A DNA stretch of 64,000 nucleotides from the human T2T-CHM13v2.0 reference genome, Homo sapiens, in the NCBI RefSeq assembly GCF_009914755.1, contig NC_060948.1. One strand, 5' to 3'. The first letter of the stretch is position 1. Every line of letters starts with the position of its first letter. Position numbers and translations under genes: made by a program. The notes under the pieces were generated by a model, which saw only the letters and a program-made list of their open reading frames with translations, did no database searches and had not been told where the DNA came from. Below are positions 58,728 through 64,000 of the stretch, piece after piece.

Positions 58728-59130
58728 TTCTTTCTTCCTCCTCTCCTCCTCCTCCAGCTCCTCCTTCCTCCCTCTGCTTTCTTCTGCTTCCTCTAAGTTT
58801 TCTTTCTTTTTCTCCTCCTCTTCCTATCATCCTCCTCCTTCTCCTCCTATTTTTCCTTCTCTTTCTCCTCCTTCTCCTTCTCCCTCCAAATTTTTCTTTT
58901 TTTCTCCTCCTGCTCCTCCTCCTCCTCCTATTTTTCCTCCTCCCTCTCCTAGTTTTCCTTCTCTTTCTCCTCCTCCTCTTCCTTTTCCTCCTCCTTCTTA
59001 TCTTCCTTCATCTCCTTCTCCTTTCTCATCTTCCTCTTCCTCTTCCCCTTTCCATCTTCCTTTCTCTTGCTTCCTTTTTTCTTCCCTTCCTCTCATCATC
59101 CATTCCTTCCTTCCTTCTTTCTTTCTTCTC
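58728..59130. repeat. ~400-bp polypyrimidine low-complexity tract ((CCT)n/(CTT)n)
   Basis: Almost only C and T on the plus strand. Confidence 0.95.
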
Positions 59131-59349
59131 ACTTTGAGCACTCCACACAACCAATGCCACACAGTCAAGCATTCCCAGATACTTGTCAAGGGAATGTGAT
59201 GAAAGACATAAAAAAGAGTACCAATCAGCCAAACAAAAGTGGGTCTGATACTAGTCAGATATAATTATGAAACCACCAGTACCTCTTTCCAGGATGGGAT
59301 GGAGGTTGAAGGCTGATGCATAGCCAACATGAAACACAGTCTCAACTGC

Positions 59350-60920
<1,571 letters not shown>

Positions 60921-61439
60921 ATTAAACTAAAATGACCCAGTCTCAGAGATAGCACAACCAAACCTCCATGGCTGATGTCCTGCTGGGACTTGGAGCTAGG
61001 AAGAAGGCCCAGGATGGGCACTGGTTTTCATCCCGTTTCATGGGCAGTTTCCTACGGACAACCTTTTTTTCACCATGCCATTTTTTGGAGTGCTTTGTGG
61101 TATCCAGGTCCAACCCTGAAGGAAATGACATCTAGTCTCCTGCTCCTGTCTTTGGGATAACGTTTTTCCCAGTTTCCAGCTGTGGTTGCATCTCATCTAT
61201 CCTCTGAGGCTGAGATTATGGGGAGCTGTCACAGGTATCCTCATCTTATTCCAGGCAGCAGCTGGGTGCCAGGAGCCCACTTATGCACACTCACTGAGCA
61301 GGGACCCTTCCTCCTCTGAGAGAGCTTGCCTTCCTGGGTGCCCCATTCCCCAGCCATCCAGAGAGTTGTGGAGAAGGGACACCTGGGAAGCATTGGAGTA
61401 GTGGCATTACTGGTGGTGAAGCCATATGGGTCTACAGCA

Positions 61440-61878
61440 CAGGGTCTTGCATCTCTTCGCCCCTGAGTCTTCCCTTGGGGTGGGCTGCCCGCATGCACAG
61501 CAGCCTGCCAGCACTTGGGAGGGGAGCATGCACTGTGTGTTTACTGGAGTTGGACGCATGCTCACTTTAGGCATTCTTCCCTTACCAGTCGAGTGTTCCT
61601 AGAAGTTTGTAGACCAGTTAAACTCCACCATTTTGCCTCTCAGTGTGCATGTTTGAGCCCACTCACTCACCCCCTGAGATCATATTGGGAAGCTGCTGAC
61701 CACCAGTTTCAGGTGTTTTGTATGTACTGGTGCTGGCTGTGACCAATTGTTATTTTAAAGAGACAGTTTATTAACCTCTTGACCATCACCTTCTGACATT
61801 TCTTATGTGTGTGGCGAGGGGAGCAGGGGGAGCCCATCTTATGCCCTGTTCATGCCTGGCATGCTACCTACCCTAACA
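61440..61878 (-). mobile_element. ERV1 LTR, MER66-like
   Basis: Minus strand starts TGTTAGGGTAGGTAGC...CATGAACAGGGCA; family from memory. Confidence 0.55.
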
Positions 61879-61882
61879 GTAG

Positions 61883-62194
61883 TATCAGGGGCATGTGAAC
61901 CAGAACAACTCCATCTTAACTAGGAGCTGGGTAAAATGAGGCTAAAACCTACTGGACATCATTTCCAGATGACTGAAGGATTCTAAGTCACAGGATAAGG
62001 GAGGAGGTCAGCAAAAAATACAGGTCATAAAGACCTTGCTAATAAAACAGGTTGCAGTAAAGGAGTCTGCCAAAACCTCCAAAATCAAAATGGCAACAAG
62101 AGTGACCTCTGGTTGTCCCCACTGCTACACTCCCACCAGCACCGTGACAGTTTACAAATGCCGTGGCAACATCAGGAAGTTACCCTATATGGTC
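61883..62194 (+). mobile_element. MER41A 5' half, 3'-truncated
   Basis: tatcaggggcatgtgaaccagaacaactccatctt...aggaagttaccctatatggtct. Confidence 0.82.
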
Positions 62195-63662
62195 TCAGGA
62201 CCGTGTTCTGTAACAGTAGGAGGCACAAGACCCCAAGTTCATCTTTAAATCCTCTTAGGCATCTCCTAGGACCACTTTCCCTCCATTGAATTGCAGCTGA
62301 TCTCTGCTACTGCCTTGTAAAAAAAAACAAAAAAACAAAAAATGTGCTTCCCTTGCAGTTCCCCAAAACTCACTGCCCCAAACTCTTCTTTTTCTCATTC
62401 ACAAAAAATCTACCTGAAAAGAAGCCCTGGTAACCACAGATGGGTATCACATAAACCCATTCCCAAGCCCTGCAGTGACCTGCTTTGCTGAGGCTGCGAG
62501 ACCTGTCCTGATCCCTTATCACCTTAAGGATCTCATTGTTGGTAGCCTCGGGTAGGACCCACCTGTCTGCAAAAATCAAAGCAAAACAAAACAAAAATTA
62601 TTTTTACAAAGGCTCTTCCTCCACTTGGGGTGAGGCTTCTGCAGACAGATCTAGGGCAGGTCTTCGAAGGGACAGTTTGAAAGAGGAATTGTGAAGTCTG
62701 CCTTTTCCTAAAGCCTCCTCTCCCTGGGGATCTGCAAGGGAAAGGTTGGGGAGATTGCATTCTATTTACATTGCATCTGCTTTCTTCTGAAAACTCCCTA
62801 GGGATATCTGTGGAGCCGGTTGCCTCCCTAAGCCCCAAGCCCAATCTTTTCTCTTCTCTTCTTTTTTTTTTTCTTTGGAGAAGTCTCCAAGCTGGACAAA
62901 TTCAATTCTTTCTGTATTCAACAAGATAACCTCTAAAAAACCTGCCTACCGGGTCTTAAGTATTCAGTAGAGAGGTGTGTAGAGAAAAACATTTAAGGTG
63001 AAATGAGAGCTCTGACTGACATTTCTGTTCCTTAGATCCCAAGGCAACAGGCAGAAACTCCAAGGAAACATCAGAAACCCAGGAGGCAGACAGAAGAGGA
63101 CCTGGGTTTCTCCAAAAGCCAAACTGTAGCACTTGCTGCTCTAAACTGCCTTTCTGAGAGCTGTTAATTTTCCACATTGGAAAAGTGGCCAAGCTGAGTC
63201 AACAGGTTTTCCCGTGGAAGAGCTAGCTCACCCAGAAGCAATTCTAAGTGCTGTAGATTCCTGCAAACACCTGTCTTTGCAAACCAAGCAGCTTTTCCAG
63301 TGTACAATAAGACAATTAAGAGGAACCCAGCCATTCTGGCAGTCTCTTTACTCATCTTTTCTTTGCCAATGTGACTTCAGCATCAAGTTAATTGGCAATT
63401 GCGGTTACCATAAAGTGTTTCCTTGCCAGTTTTAAAGTATCTTTCAAATTGCCCAAGTATTTAAAATTATCTTCTTCTTGGAAGATTAAGCCCTGCCTGA
63501 AAGTTTTTGTTTCAAATTGCTATTGATTGAAACATTCAGCCTTCAATGGGAAGGAAATTCTAACACAGTCTACAATGTGGATGAACCTTGAGAGCATTAC
63601 ACTAAGTGAAATAAGTCAGGTGCAAAAGGACGACTAGAGTGTGGTTCTGCTTGTTTGGGACA

Positions 63663-64000
63663 GTCAACCTAAAAAGAAGCAACTCAGGTAAAATTACTAT
63701 AAATAGAGTTTATTTTGGCCAAACTTGATGCTTGCAAACTGAAAGAGTAGATTCAAGTTGCCCTGTATATACACTTAGATGCTTGGATTAGCAGCAGTTA
63801 TGTTAGAAATAAGAGCTTGGAGTCCCAAAGAAAATGAGCACTCAAACAAAATACTTCTCAACAAAGCAAATTTACCTCTGCAGAAGGACACTGTCTGCAT
63901 CAGTCACAATGGCAAGAGGACACTGAATAAAGAAAGGAAAGGGTTTTGATCTCTAATACATAGTCTCTACCTCTGTGTCACTAGCCCATGGGCTGGCGTC
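63663..64000 (-). mobile_element. ERV1 LTR fragment (63663-63800) interrupted by an LTR10-family LTR 3' end (63801 to window end)
   Basis: tgttagaaataagagc...gcactcaaa...ttctcaacaaagcaaatttac resembles the LTR10 terminus at 1414-1510. Confidence 0.55.

Noticed and set aside
58690-59199. Pro/Ser- and Leu-rich ORFs
   Set aside because: Artefacts of the pyrimidine tract, which lacks stop codons.

Overview
Primate (human or great-ape) genomic DNA made mostly of interspersed repeats, with no intact host protein-coding gene, RNA gene or CRISPR array. The only recognisable host-gene trace is a decayed 110-bp minus-strand exon (723-832) matching GPR143/OA1 exon 5. This fits the Y-linked pseudogene GPR143P, so the window is probably X-degenerate Yp (inference). 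Main elements: a HERV-I (LTR10F) remnant whose two LTRs are inverted, a solo MER11 LTR inside a small tandem repeat, three long L1PA elements, about 30 Alus, and MaLR, ERV1 and DNA-transposon fossils. The most notable signals are: (1) two head-to-head L1s of different subfamilies (24147-34620) share private substitutions and ORF2 indels, suggesting arm-to-arm gene conversion in an accidental palindrome; (2) one of them lacks exactly a 485-nt GT...AG segment covering the RT core, possibly a spliced L1; (3) a young full-length L1PA2-like copy has an intact ORF0 and a 1133-aa truncated ORF2; (4) two orphan exon-like segments join in frame. I found no clear new gene system. Subfamily names come from recalled consensus sequences and need RepeatMasker/Dfam confirmation.
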